Virus record (IMG/VR): IMGVR_UViG_3300003323_000990
Coordinates: 1 to 64,000 of that record
Direction: 5' to 3' (one strand)
Length of the DNA stretch: 64,000 nt
DNA from: a virus
Under the pieces are notes generated by a model, which worked only from the letters and a program-made list of their open reading frames with translations, did not search any database and had not been told where the DNA came from. Position numbers and translations under genes: made by a program. Below are positions 27,801 through 37,702 of the stretch, in pieces; position 1 is the first letter of the stretch; each line of letters starts with the position of its first letter.

Positions 27801-29083
27801 TAACAAGAATATTAGATTTCAGTACACCGGGTGATAAACCAGCTTATATAAATTATAGAGTGACTGGTAATACTACTTGGGTACCAGTACCAGGATCTCA
27901 GCCATTTAATCCCCCAAGCATACCAGTGCAATTAGTTGAGGGCACCTATTATGATTTTCAATTTATAACAGAATGTGGTCCTGGGGATTTAAGTGCACCT
28001 GAGTATTTAAATAAAGTATTCTCAAGGTATATATGCCAAGCTCCCGTACCAAATAAATTTAGCGTATATGCTACTCCCGATGAACCAGAGCCTAACAATA
28101 GAAGTGTATGGTTTACCTGGGCTGATGATTTTTTGCTTGATGATATTCCCGGCTTAGCTGTTAGATTGGAGGTAATAAATTCTTCAGGAGTTGTAGTAGC
28201 TACTCATGACACTGCATATTATAGACAAAATCCATTTCCTCCATACACTAAGATACATCAGTATTTTTTCCAGGGCTTGGTAAATACTCTTCCTCCCGAT
28301 ACGTATACAGGTAAACTAACAGTACTATGTCCAAGTGGCGGAAGGCCCAGTGTACAAAAACCATTTACTATTGCAGGAGCTGCTTGTCCGTTTATAACTG
28401 GTTTAACCTATAACCAAGTAGTAGATAGTGATTCCAATAATCCAAATACATTTACTTTCAACTGGGATTTAAGCCCAACAGCTATAAATGGGTATGATTG
28501 GATTTTATATGATATTACCGGGGGAGCTCAAACACAAATTGCAGTAGGTAATACAGGACCTACAGTAAATTCATTCGTATATAATCTTGCTAAAGGTAAG
28601 ACTTATAAATTGAGTGTAAGAGCTAAATGCCAATATAGCCAATCTGTATATGTGGATATTGACTTTACTTCTTCATTCTCAGGATGTACTTTAACAAGTG
28701 GATATGAGAATGAACAGGAATATGCAGGTATGGGCATATATATACATGTTACTGAGTTTAATATAACTCGTATAGCAAGTACTACTCCCGGAGTTGGCAG
28801 AGTCCACCTTAACCTAAAGGCCTCAGTTAGAACAGTGGTTCAATATTCAATGGGGGCTCCTCTATTTGTAGCAGCTACTGTGGATGGAGCAGCATGCACT
28901 TATGGAGGACCAGTAGACCCACCACCTAATGACATATTAGGTAAGACAGTATTCCAGGATGCAAGAAACAGAGTATGGGCAAATGTAGATGGTAATATTA
29001 ATTGGCAAACTGTTATCTCCGGTACTATGGAGGTAGGCGTAATATATAATTTCGAAGTAAGCGTAGATTACGATTTACAATAA
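27797..29083 (+). CDS. tail fibre / baseplate-distal protein with Fn3-like modules
   Basis: Three repeated beta-sandwich-like modules, for example FTFNWDLSPTAINGYDWILYDITGG...TYKLSVRAKCQ. ATGA coupling to the gpI-like gene. Confidence 0.55.
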   Translation: MITRILDFSTPGDKPAYINYRVTGNTTWVPVPGSQPFNPPSIPVQLVEGTYYDFQFITECGPGDLSAPEYLNKVFSRYICQAPVPNKFSVYATPDEPEPNNRSVWFTWADDFLLDDIPGLAVRLEVINSSGVVVATHDTAYYRQNPFPPYTKIHQYFFQGLVNTLPPDTYTGKLTVLCPSGGRPSVQKPFTIAGAACPFITGLTYNQVVDSDSNNPNTFTFNWDLSPTAINGYDWILYDITGGAQTQIAVGNTGPTVNSFVYNLAKGKTYKLSVRAKCQYSQSVYVDIDFTSSFSGCTLTSGYENEQEYAGMGIYIHVTEFNITRIASTTPGVGRVHLNLKASVRTVVQYSMGAPLFVAATVDGAACTYGGPVDPPPNDILGKTVFQDARNRVWANVDGNINWQTVISGTMEVGVIYNFEVSVDYDLQ

Positions 29084-29106
29084 ACTATCAGTAAATAAGA
29101 ATAAAG

Positions 29107-29520
29107 ATGCTAGAAGCGTATAAATTTAATACCCAGGGGGATGTTTTTATATATGCAATCAGGGGAGAAGAAACTATACTCCTGCAGCATGTAAAGAATG
29201 CTCTTCAACCCTTAGCACAGGAAATTATTGCTAACATCTTGGCTAAAACGGTGGGAGCCTCTTCCTTAAACGAAATTGGTTTATATATAGGCTCTGAGAC
29301 ACCCGGGGGTGCAATAGTAAGACCCATTATAGCCTACACTTTAATAGATGTAGACAGGGTACAATTTGATGCTATCTTTGAAGAAGCTTCTTTTAGTGGC
29401 ACCATAGTTACAGCTGAGATATCCTCTTCTATTGGAGTATTTGCAAAAGTACAGGGTCTTAGCTTAACTAAAGCGCCCACAGAAAAAATCCTGATCAGCT
29501 GGAAAATTAAAATAATATAA
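29107..29520 (+). CDS. hypothetical tail fibre-associated protein
   Basis: 137-aa ORF between two fibre-like genes. Confidence 0.5.
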   Translation: MLEAYKFNTQGDVFIYAIRGEETILLQHVKNALQPLAQEIIANILAKTVGASSLNEIGLYIGSETPGGAIVRPIIAYTLIDVDRVQFDAIFEEASFSGTIVTAEISSSIGVFAKVQGLSLTKAPTEKILISWKIKII

Positions 29521-29521
29521 C

Positions 29522-31003
29522 ATGCAAAAGAGGTACCATGAATATAGGGGTAATTTAATCTCTTATGATGAAGACACCAGATTACTTGGAATAATAACCC
29601 CAGGAAGGTATAGAGGATTTGATACTCTTGTCCCAGTAACTTCTCTTACATTTAATTTAACCCATGAGCAAACTGGGATAAATGAATATGATGCAGCAGG
29701 AAATGCTATTGGAAAGTCTGCAGTTATCTGTACTAAACAGGGTGTAATAATCAGAGAGAATCAAACCATTGGGCCATTTGCTGTTGATACCAATGTTGGG
29801 AATACCTCTGACAGGTATGATTTCATCGTTATTAGTCACCAATATATTTCAGTTCAGGGGGGAGAAACTGCAAATTACGAAATAATAAAAGGTCCCCTAA
29901 ATAATGCAAGTTTTCCTGTATTAACAGACCCCAATAGGCAGGTCCTTCTGGGTATAATCAAAGTTGCTGCCGGAGCTGCTCAAATATTGGGATCAGATTA
30001 TGAGAGAGCTAGAACACCCGATGCGGGGGATGAGCCCGATGCAAGGCTTAATGAAACCAATCAATTTAAGAAATTCACCTCCTACAGTAAAGCTACAACA
30101 ACTGGGCCAAGTTTTGATACCGGATTTACTACCGAGAATGTAATGACTTTAAATAATGATGGGAATGTATTTCCTATTATTGGAGTAGGGGGTAAAAACC
30201 TTGAAGCAGTAAGAATTAAAAACACGTCACTCAATGAGGGTGCTACATTTACTTTGATATTGGATAATACAATTGGTATAAACAATAATAAGGTATTAAG
30301 TACAGAGGCTGCAACTGCTGGGTATAAATCATTTTCTATTCCCCAAACTTTCCAAGATGCAACCGGTAATTTAGCTGCAGCAGGAACAGGACAGAAGAAG
30401 ATGGTAGAAGTATTATACGTAGACAACAAACTCTATGTTATCTACGCCTCTTCAACAAATACTTCCGGAGGAGATAATACAGTGAGTGCTATGCTTGGAG
30501 ACCCAAGTCCGGGTACATTGATAGATAAGGTTCAAGCCTCTGCCTATATTAAACCTTCAATCGTTACTACAAATGGGTTTAGTAGAGTTATGTTCTCCCT
30601 GGGTAACTCAGCTGCAAATTTTGATAATACCTGGAGAATACTTAATATGGGTAATCTTCCTTCTGGTTGGGACGTAGTAGGTAATCCTCCACAGTGGAAA
30701 ATAGATTGGTTTGGAAATATAGCTTTAAGGGGAGTATTAAAATTCACGGGTAATATAAATGTGGGGACAACCCTGGATAATACTTTATTTACCCTGCAAC
30801 AATTAGCCCAATCAGAAAGTATAAGGGTACCTATAGCAGTAGAATTAACATTTACCTCAATGGCAGCTGCTCCTTTATATTATGCTGCTATAGATACCAG
30901 TGGTAATTTTAGATTTTCAATCCTTAATGTATCAGCCAATACACAACCTATATCATCAGTATCAGTACATTTAAAGGGAATAATATTACCCCCAAATCCT
31001 TAA
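29522..31003 (+). CDS. putative tail fibre protein
   Basis: 493 aa, beta-rich, last gene of the late operon. Its stop overlaps the stop of the convergent minus-strand gene by 4 nt. Confidence 0.55.
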   Translation: MQKRYHEYRGNLISYDEDTRLLGIITPGRYRGFDTLVPVTSLTFNLTHEQTGINEYDAAGNAIGKSAVICTKQGVIIRENQTIGPFAVDTNVGNTSDRYDFIVISHQYISVQGGETANYEIIKGPLNNASFPVLTDPNRQVLLGIIKVAAGAAQILGSDYERARTPDAGDEPDARLNETNQFKKFTSYSKATTTGPSFDTGFTTENVMTLNNDGNVFPIIGVGGKNLEAVRIKNTSLNEGATFTLILDNTIGINNNKVLSTEAATAGYKSFSIPQTFQDATGNLAAAGTGQKKMVEVLYVDNKLYVIYASSTNTSGGDNTVSAMLGDPSPGTLIDKVQASAYIKPSIVTTNGFSRVMFSLGNSAANFDNTWRILNMGNLPSGWDVVGNPPQWKIDWFGNIALRGVLKFTGNINVGTTLDNTLFTLQQLAQSESIRVPIAVELTFTSMAAAPLYYAAIDTSGNFRFSILNVSANTQPISSVSVHLKGIILPPNP

Positions 31004-31653
31004 TAAGAAAGGCTTTGTGAAACAAAATGAGCTCTTGCTTTATGGGTAGTATCTTTAATCTCTTTCTTTAAATTTTCCACATATCCTATAGCTTTACTAG
31101 TAATACCCAGCTCGAAGTAATCAGCAATGATTGAGCTGGGTATTTTATTTATATTGCTTATACCTTCCTCCTGCATTTTCATAAGTATAAATGGTGGGGG
31201 AGAAAGCTGCACATGCAATAACTTATAAGCGTTCTCTGAAAGGTTACTCTTCATAAATTCCATACAGAGATCATAAAAAAGATCCCTATTACTATTATGA
31301 TGATCCTCCTCGCTTATAAGGTTTTCGTAATTTCCTAATTCGCTAATATCGATAATTGACTGAGAATATTTTGTGGTGTATGCAGATCGAAGAATCCTGC
31401 ATTTAAAAAACTGAAGAGCTTTAATAACGTGGCCAAGTAAAATGTTTTCGTTGTGTTCTTCAAAATACTTATTAAAGGTATAGATGAACTTAACATTAAA
31501 CCAAGATAGGATTTCTTCGTAGTCTACTCCAAATCTTCGGGCATCAATTTCAGAGGCAAGTTTTCTTCGCAGTCCCTCTGTCTTGGAATATAAAGTAGAA
31601 AACAGCTTAGGGTCATATCCCTCTTTCATGGGCTTTAGACGATTTTCTTCCAT
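31000..31653 (-). CDS. putative sigma-70-family (ECF-like) transcription factor
   Basis: The track start at 31695 is TTG; the first ATG is at 31653 (MEENRLKPM...). Region-2-like DYEEILSWFNVKFIYTFNKY...LGHVIKALQFFKCRILRSA. Region-4-like HTH IPSSIIADYFELGITSKAIGYVENLKKEI. Confidence 0.4.
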   Translation of the reverse strand: MEENRLKPMKEGYDPKLFSTLYSKTEGLRRKLASEIDARRFGVDYEEILSWFNVKFIYTFNKYFEEHNENILLGHVIKALQFFKCRILRSAYTTKYSQSIIDISELGNYENLISEEDHHNSNRDLFYDLCMEFMKSNLSENAYKLLHVQLSPPPFILMKMQEEGISNINKIPSSIIADYFELGITSKAIGYVENLKKEIKDTTHKARAHFVSQSLSY

Positions 31654-31789
31654 AGTACTAAGTGGTATTTTATAAAAGGGTAAAATATTTCTCAAATATA
31701 TATGAAAGTTTCAAATAAAAAAATACCCACTATTTTAGTTAAGTAATTTATTTGCCCGGACTACTATATAATAATGCAGCAATATAACT

Positions 31790-33193
31790 ATGAATAAACA
31801 GAAATTTTCATTCGGTACCGAGTTCCAAGAAGCTATACTTCATTATATAATATATGATAAGAATGGGTTTAAAGCATTAGATTTGTGCGAGGACTACTAC
31901 TTCACTCTCATTGCTCACCACGTAATTGCCCATGCTTTAAAAATATTTTACAAGAAGAAAAAAAGAATACCCAGTAAACCCGTACTCAAAGAGGTTTTAA
32001 GAGATAGCTATAATACAAAGAAATTGGGGGAGATGGTACTGGAGGAGGATAAACAAGAAGTGGATCGTATCATTGAACGCCTATATAATAACCCCCTTAG
32101 AGATGCTGATGAGATACTTGAGAACGTTGTTAAGTTTGCTAGGTATGTAAATGTTAAAAGTGATTTGGAGGATATGGATCCTTTGGATTATAACAATTAT
32201 AATACCTTTGCATCAAAGATACAGACCTCTATAAATATAGGCAATAATTTTGATGAAGATGATGGCACATTTCTAGTAAAAGATTTTGGCATAAGGAGGT
32301 ACAATAGAGAAGAAGATGGTAAATTTCCTACTCCTTATTGGCAAATTAATAATTGGCTTACCGGGGGTGGATTATCTCCCGCAAGTTTAGTAGTAATTGC
32401 CTCAGAAGCTAAGAGATTTAAAACGGGGTTCTTTATTAACTTAGCCAGGGGTTATATGAGGATGAAGAAGAAGGTTGTCATATTTGATTTTGAGAATGGT
32501 GAAAAGGCATTTACAACTAGAGCAGAGCAATCTATGATGCGTGCAACTCAACCCGATTTACTTTCTGGCGTGCTGGATGACCGGCTAGCAAAGGTTTTAA
32601 GAAAATATAAAAGACTTGGTGCGGAGATAGTAATAAAAAGATTTCCTGCTTACAAAACAACCTCTAATGATCTTCAGGCATGGATGGATATGATCTATCT
32701 TAAATATGGTATAAAGTTCGATCAAGCGATAGTGGACTATGCAGATTTGATGGGTGCAACTTCGGGTAGGACAGATGATGATAAAAGGATAAGTGATGTT
32801 TATGTTGATCTAAAAAATCTTGCCGCCGATCCTAGAAATAACCTAGAAACTATCTGGACAGCTTCACACGTAACAAGGGAGGGTGCAGAGAAAAGAAGAA
32901 AAACTAAATACGTAGCAAATGACCTTTCGAAGGCTATAGATAAAATCAGACACTGCGACCTTGCAATAGGTTTACAGGAAACAGATGAAGAGGTTGAAGC
33001 CGGAGTTATGAGAGCTGAGGTAATGGATGGGAGAGAAACTATAAGAAATGCTCATGCACTATTTTGGATTGATATTGCTTTGCAAAATCTTAGAGAGTTT
33101 ACTAAAGCAGAATTAAATGAGTATCATACCCAAATAGGATATGAAACTAAAGAGAGAAAAACAACTGTAGTAAAAAAGAAAAGTGACCTATGA
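31790..33193 (+). CDS. DnaB-family replicative helicase
   Basis: RecA-like core in the C-terminal half (LVVIASEAKRFKTGF, VVIFDFEN, AIVDYADLMG, WTASHVTREG). Directly upstream of the primase gene. The Walker A motif is atypical. Confidence 0.6.
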   Translation: MNKQKFSFGTEFQEAILHYIIYDKNGFKALDLCEDYYFTLIAHHVIAHALKIFYKKKKRIPSKPVLKEVLRDSYNTKKLGEMVLEEDKQEVDRIIERLYNNPLRDADEILENVVKFARYVNVKSDLEDMDPLDYNNYNTFASKIQTSINIGNNFDEDDGTFLVKDFGIRRYNREEDGKFPTPYWQINNWLTGGGLSPASLVVIASEAKRFKTGFFINLARGYMRMKKKVVIFDFENGEKAFTTRAEQSMMRATQPDLLSGVLDDRLAKVLRKYKRLGAEIVIKRFPAYKTTSNDLQAWMDMIYLKYGIKFDQAIVDYADLMGATSGRTDDDKRISDVYVDLKNLAADPRNNLETIWTASHVTREGAEKRRKTKYVANDLSKAIDKIRHCDLAIGLQETDEEVEAGVMRAEVMDGRETIRNAHALFWIDIALQNLREFTKAELNEYHTQIGYETKERKTTVVKKKSDL

Positions 33194-34212
33194 TGAAGGA
33201 ATATAATAAATCTATAAAAGGTAAATTGTTTAAATATTTCAAGGAAAGGCTGAATACAAAATCATCCACAAAAGGGTACGAAAGGTGTGATTGTATATTT
33301 TGTGGGGGTAAATATACTTTCGGTATAAATATCTTTAGCAATAGGACCCACTGTTTTAAATGTGGCACAGAGATGAGTCCTATACAATTGTTAATGGAAA
33401 TCCAGGGGTTTGATAAATTAAACCAAGCTTATAATTTTCTTAAGGTACAACAAGAATACACTGCCTATGACTCTATGCTAAAGCATGTAAAGGTAGAAGA
33501 GAAACAAGTAATACTACCGGAGAGCTTTAGTCTTATATCTATATCTAATAGCAAATTGGGAAATGCTGCCCAAAGATATATGAGGGGAAGGGGATTTGAT
33601 TTAGATGAATTAGCTTTAAGGGGAGTAGGGTACTGCACTTCGGGTAATTATGGGGGATATATAATATTCCCCTTTTATGTAGCCAGTGTATTGAGATTCT
33701 TTCAGGGGAGAAGGTTTACAGCGTATGGTACAAAGATGAAGAATCCCAATGAAGAAGAGTTTGGTATAGGTAAATCAAAGATAGTCTATAATTCGGATGC
33801 TCTATTTATATATGATGAAATAGACCTGGTTGAAAGTATTACTAATGCTCTTACCTTAGAAGAAAACTCCGTTGCAATATTAGGTAAGAGTGCTTCTGAT
33901 CATCAAATCTCAAGGATCATATCTTCCCCCTGTCAAAAAGTAAATATAATCTTAGACCCCGATGCAATAGATAAAGCGGTTGATCTGGGGCTTAAGATAG
34001 TAAATTTTAAGGATGAGATAAAATTGGTAGAATTACCCAAAGACAAAGATGTTAATGATATAGGGAGAAAGAAAACCAATAAGATAAAATATAGTAGCCC
34101 GGTTTTAAAATATAAGGATTTAATTAAACTTAGGAATAATGTTAAAGAGAAGTCCATCGATCCACATTACAGTAGGCCATCTTCGTACAGTACTTTCAGA
34201 GGTGCTAGGTGA
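33190..34212 (+). CDS. DNA primase (zinc finger plus TOPRIM)
   Basis: Zn finger CDCIFCGG...HCFKCG. TOPRIM Glu in IDLVESITNALTL and DxD in NIILDPDAID. Confidence 0.75.
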   Translation: MMKEYNKSIKGKLFKYFKERLNTKSSTKGYERCDCIFCGGKYTFGINIFSNRTHCFKCGTEMSPIQLLMEIQGFDKLNQAYNFLKVQQEYTAYDSMLKHVKVEEKQVILPESFSLISISNSKLGNAAQRYMRGRGFDLDELALRGVGYCTSGNYGGYIIFPFYVASVLRFFQGRRFTAYGTKMKNPNEEEFGIGKSKIVYNSDALFIYDEIDLVESITNALTLEENSVAILGKSASDHQISRIISSPCQKVNIILDPDAIDKAVDLGLKIVNFKDEIKLVELPKDKDVNDIGRKKTNKIKYSSPVLKYKDLIKLRNNVKEKSIDPHYSRPSSYSTFRGAR

Positions 34213-34990
34213 CTTATCTATAAGCAAAGTAGAATTAGATAAACTAGCAATAACTATAGCGCTGAAGGTACGGAGTAAATCATTAACTCATAGATCAATC
34301 ACAGTTAGCAATAATAAATTGGTTCATAAGGTTGCACAGGTACAATCTTCAGTCCGCTCAGATGCAGGATTATTCTCCGGTATACTAACATTGAAGAGAA
34401 GGCAATTAAAACATAGGGGTATAATTAGTATTAATGCTTCAGATAGGGATTGGTTATTATTAAAAGAGGTATGTGGCCTTGCTACAGAATTTGTAAATGA
34501 ATTCGGCCTTGATAAAAAAAGGGGGTATGATAGGTATATTCAATTAGCTTTAGCAAAGATGAAAAACTATTCCCTTAATAAATTTAAGTCTATGCACCCT
34601 TCTATTTGCAAAGAATACGAAGCTATCCAGGAAATAGAATTAGATGATAAGCCACAGAAAACTGCAGAGATGGAGGAGATATTTCTTGCAATGGTTGCTG
34701 AGAGAACGGGTTGGAGTAAAACCTATAAAGAAGATAGTCCGGAGAAATATGCCTATTTTGTAAAGGCAAGAAAGGAAGCAGAGTCATTCAATGTGAGTTT
34801 AAAGGTATATATAGCTTCTCAATTCTCTTGGTTTGATTCCGTGCTGCATACAGTTCCAGACCCAGTACAATTAGTGGGGGTTAAAGCAATAGAGAGGTTA
34901 CAAAAATATTGCTATGAACAAAATATAAAAATGGGCAAGGCAGCAAATAAGAAATCTATTGACTGGGGTAAAATTAAAAACCATGGTTAG
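34139..34990 (+). CDS. hypothetical replication-module protein
   Basis: 283-aa ATG ORF. The start is uncertain: it overlaps the primase 3' end by 74 nt, and an in-frame GTG at 34202 is an alternative. Confidence 0.5.
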   Translation: MLKRSPSIHITVGHLRTVLSEVLGDLSISKVELDKLAITIALKVRSKSLTHRSITVSNNKLVHKVAQVQSSVRSDAGLFSGILTLKRRQLKHRGIISINASDRDWLLLKEVCGLATEFVNEFGLDKKRGYDRYIQLALAKMKNYSLNKFKSMHPSICKEYEAIQEIELDDKPQKTAEMEEIFLAMVAERTGWSKTYKEDSPEKYAYFVKARKEAESFNVSLKVYIASQFSWFDSVLHTVPDPVQLVGVKAIERLQKYCYEQNIKMGKAANKKSIDWGKIKNHG

Positions 34991-36431
34991 AGTAATCCTT
35001 TATAACAATAAATCTCAGATATTAGCAGACGCTAAAATTCTTTACAAGTTAAGAGAAACCTATAAGCTGCGTGCAAAAGGTACGTTTTTTAATCCCCTTG
35101 TAAGACAAGGTAGATGGGATGGATGGGTAAGATATATATCAGAAGTAAATGGGCTTATATCCACTGGATTACTTCATGAAGTATTACCTATCCTTGATGA
35201 ATGGGAAATAGATTATACCATTGAGGATAGAAGAAATAGTTTTAGAGCAGTAGGAGTACCCGATGATTTAGCTGGAGATAAATTAAGACCTGATCAGGCA
35301 GAGGTAGTAAACAAGGTTATAGAGAATAGGTTAAAGGGAGTAAGGTTTATAAGAGGTATGATAGATGCAGCTACAAACTATGGAAAGTCTTACGTTATTG
35401 CGGGTATATTTAAAAGCTTTGCTGGAAAAAGGAATGGCGCTTTATTAATACATTCTAAAACTATATTTGTCCAATTGGTTGATGATCTTAAAAAATTAAT
35501 GCCCGATGAAGTTGGAGAGATAAGTACAAGGAAAGTAGATATAAAAAGGTTTAATGTCTGCATGGTACAAACAGTGCAAGCTAGAATTAAAAAGGACCCA
35601 GCAATAAAAAGATTTTTAAATACCTGTGATATATGCTTGGTAGATGAGGCCGATGAAGGAACAAGTGCTGCCCACAAAACTTGTTATAAAGAGTGTGAGA
35701 ATGCTTCAGTTAGAATAGGATTAACTGGTACAGCTGAGACAGCTAAAGACCCCGTTAAAAGAAGAGAGATCATATCATTCTTTGGGCCTATAATAGTAAA
35801 GATAACCAATGCTGAAAATATTAAAGCAGGGGTATCTACTGTCCCAAAGGTAAGTATATTTAATGGTAATAAAAGCACGGAGGATTATAGAAGCTATCGG
35901 GTAAATTACACAAAACTAATTATAGAGAATAGGCAACGCAATAAAAAGGTGTGGAAGAGGATTGCTAAAAACGTAAAAAGAAGAAGATGGCCTATATTGG
36001 TAATGCTTAAAGAAAGAGTGCATGCTAAGCATATGATTAAAGTAATGCCCAAGGAATTAAATGACCTTAATGTAAAATACATATTCCATGATACTCCAGA
36101 TAGAGAAGAAGTTATTAAGGATTTTTCTCAGGGCAATCTTCATGTAATGTTTGCAGGCTTCTTTATAAAAAGGGGAAAGAATATGCCCTTAATGAAAGCT
36201 TTGATAAATGCTGCTGGGGGAGATTCAGAAACTAATCTGTTGCAGATACTTGGAAGAGCACTTAGAAAACATAAAAGTAAGAAAAAAGTATACGTGGAAG
36301 ATTTCTATGACGAGGACGCTAGCAAGAACCATAATTTAAGAAGGCATAGCAAACATCGCATTGCCTATTATAAGAAGCAGAAGATTGAGGTTGTGGAATA
36401 TTACAAGAAAGGGAAGACTATTAAAAAATAA
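34983..36431 (+). CDS. superfamily II DEAD-box-type DNA helicase
   Basis: The track start at 34959 is TTG; an ATG at 34983 overlaps the upstream stop. Motif I is AATNYGKSYV, motif II is CLVDEADEG, motif III is LTGTA. Confidence 0.75.
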   Translation: MVRVILYNNKSQILADAKILYKLRETYKLRAKGTFFNPLVRQGRWDGWVRYISEVNGLISTGLLHEVLPILDEWEIDYTIEDRRNSFRAVGVPDDLAGDKLRPDQAEVVNKVIENRLKGVRFIRGMIDAATNYGKSYVIAGIFKSFAGKRNGALLIHSKTIFVQLVDDLKKLMPDEVGEISTRKVDIKRFNVCMVQTVQARIKKDPAIKRFLNTCDICLVDEADEGTSAAHKTCYKECENASVRIGLTGTAETAKDPVKRREIISFFGPIIVKITNAENIKAGVSTVPKVSIFNGNKSTEDYRSYRVNYTKLIIENRQRNKKVWKRIAKNVKRRRWPILVMLKERVHAKHMIKVMPKELNDLNVKYIFHDTPDREEVIKDFSQGNLHVMFAGFFIKRGKNMPLMKALINAAGGDSETNLLQILGRALRKHKSKKKVYVEDFYDEDASKNHNLRRHSKHRIAYYKKQKIEVVEYYKKGKTIKK

Positions 36432-36434
36432 ACA

Positions 36435-36917
36435 ATGGCAAAAAGAAAACCTAGAAATAAAATGGCAAAGAAAGTAAACGTATTATTTCCCATTTCGTTA
36501 GAGGAATTTGGAACTGAGAATGATCCCTGCTTTGGTAAATTAAATGATCCTAGAGCTTCAGAATGCCAAAGTTGCGGAGATTGTGAAGTATGTGCTATTG
36601 TTCAATCCCAGAACACTCATTTAAAGAGAGCAAAGGTAGAAGCAAAGAAAAAGTTCAAAGACCTTGAAGAGGTTAATATATTAAAAAACCAAGATCGTAA
36701 GGAGGTAAGAAAGAAAATAAAGAACACTGTAAGAAAATGGTTGAAAGGGGGAAGACCTATGGAGATTGATAATCTTATAAGCAGCGTACACTCAGCTATA
36801 CCAGAATCTAAAAAATTATACCCATCTAAGAAATTGAAAAGCCTGCTAATTAAACTCCCTGAGAAGAGTGAACATATCACCTATAATGAATCCAAAAACA
36901 TTCTACTATGGAAATGA
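36435..36917 (+). CDS. hypothetical basic protein with Cys cluster
   Basis: The cluster is C-x12-C-x2-C-x2-C-x2-C (CFGKLNDPRASECQSCGDCEVC), followed by a Lys-rich helical region. Confidence 0.55.
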   Translation: MAKRKPRNKMAKKVNVLFPISLEEFGTENDPCFGKLNDPRASECQSCGDCEVCAIVQSQNTHLKRAKVEAKKKFKDLEEVNILKNQDRKEVRKKIKNTVRKWLKGGRPMEIDNLISSVHSAIPESKKLYPSKKLKSLLIKLPEKSEHITYNESKNILLWK

Positions 36918-37702
36918 TTCCCACAGCAACAATCCAAGAAGGATTCGGAAGTATCTTCAGCAGGAAGATAGCTCTGATGGACCTACTTATTTCTAAAGAT
37001 AAGTTAGTGTCATACCCTATAAGCCTATCCAATAAAAAAGGTCAACAAACCATCAGGGAGATGATGGGATACTTTATAGAAGAGCTTGCTGAGGCCCATG
37101 AGCAAGTACAATATATGTACGAATCCATGTCGGTAAATATGGAGAGCAAGGCTATAGAGTACCATGGTAACTTTCACGAAGAAATTGCGGATTGCTGGGA
37201 ATTTATTATTGAGATCCTTATATACTCCGGTATAGATTATCCATCACTTGTAAGTTATTACCAAACCATGGTAGATGTAGAAAATACACATAACCTATGG
37301 GATGGCATATTCTTTATGAATCATGTTTGGAAAGTTGCTGAAATAAGAAATGAGAGCAGTTGGTTAGAAAACCCCGATAGAAGAACCCAGTTCTATATAA
37401 AAAATCCAGACCCAATGTGCAATGGCATGAGAGGAGTAAATATATCCACTATATTGCATATGGGTAATTATTGCTGGGAGATAACCTCAAAATTAATGAG
37501 AGCAAGGAACCAGCTTAAAGCTAAACCTTGGAGGGAGTCAATCGTAAAGGTGGATATAAATAACTACCATCAATTGCTTATGGAGGCATTCCAAGATTTT
37601 ATGGCATTAAATGTATGGCTTGGACTGACTCCAGCTTCTGTATTGGAGCAATATAAAAGGAAAAATGATATTAACATAAACAGACAAAAAACAGGATACT
37701 AA
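36908..37702 (+). CDS. all-alpha NTP pyrophosphohydrolase (MazG / dimeric dUTPase / T4 gp56-like)
   Basis: Paired acidic metal-binding helices FIEELAEAHE and FHEEIADCWEFIIE are typical of the MazG / dimeric dUTPase superfamily. Confidence 0.55.
   Translation: MEMIPTATIQEGFGSIFSRKIALMDLLISKDKLVSYPISLSNKKGQQTIREMMGYFIEELAEAHEQVQYMYESMSVNMESKAIEYHGNFHEEIADCWEFIIEILIYSGIDYPSLVSYYQTMVDVENTHNLWDGIFFMNHVWKVAEIRNESSWLENPDRRTQFYIKNPDPMCNGMRGVNISTILHMGNYCWEITSKLMRARNQLKAKPWRESIVKVDINNYHQLLMEAFQDFMALNVWLGLTPASVLEQYKRKNDININRQKTGY

Noticed and set aside
31661-31731. Imperfect inverted repeat AGTGGTATTTT / AAAATACCCACT in the divergent intergenic region as an operator
   Set aside because: One bulge and AT-rich arms about 46 nt apart. 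Too weak to list as a feature; mentioned only within the sigma-gene finding.
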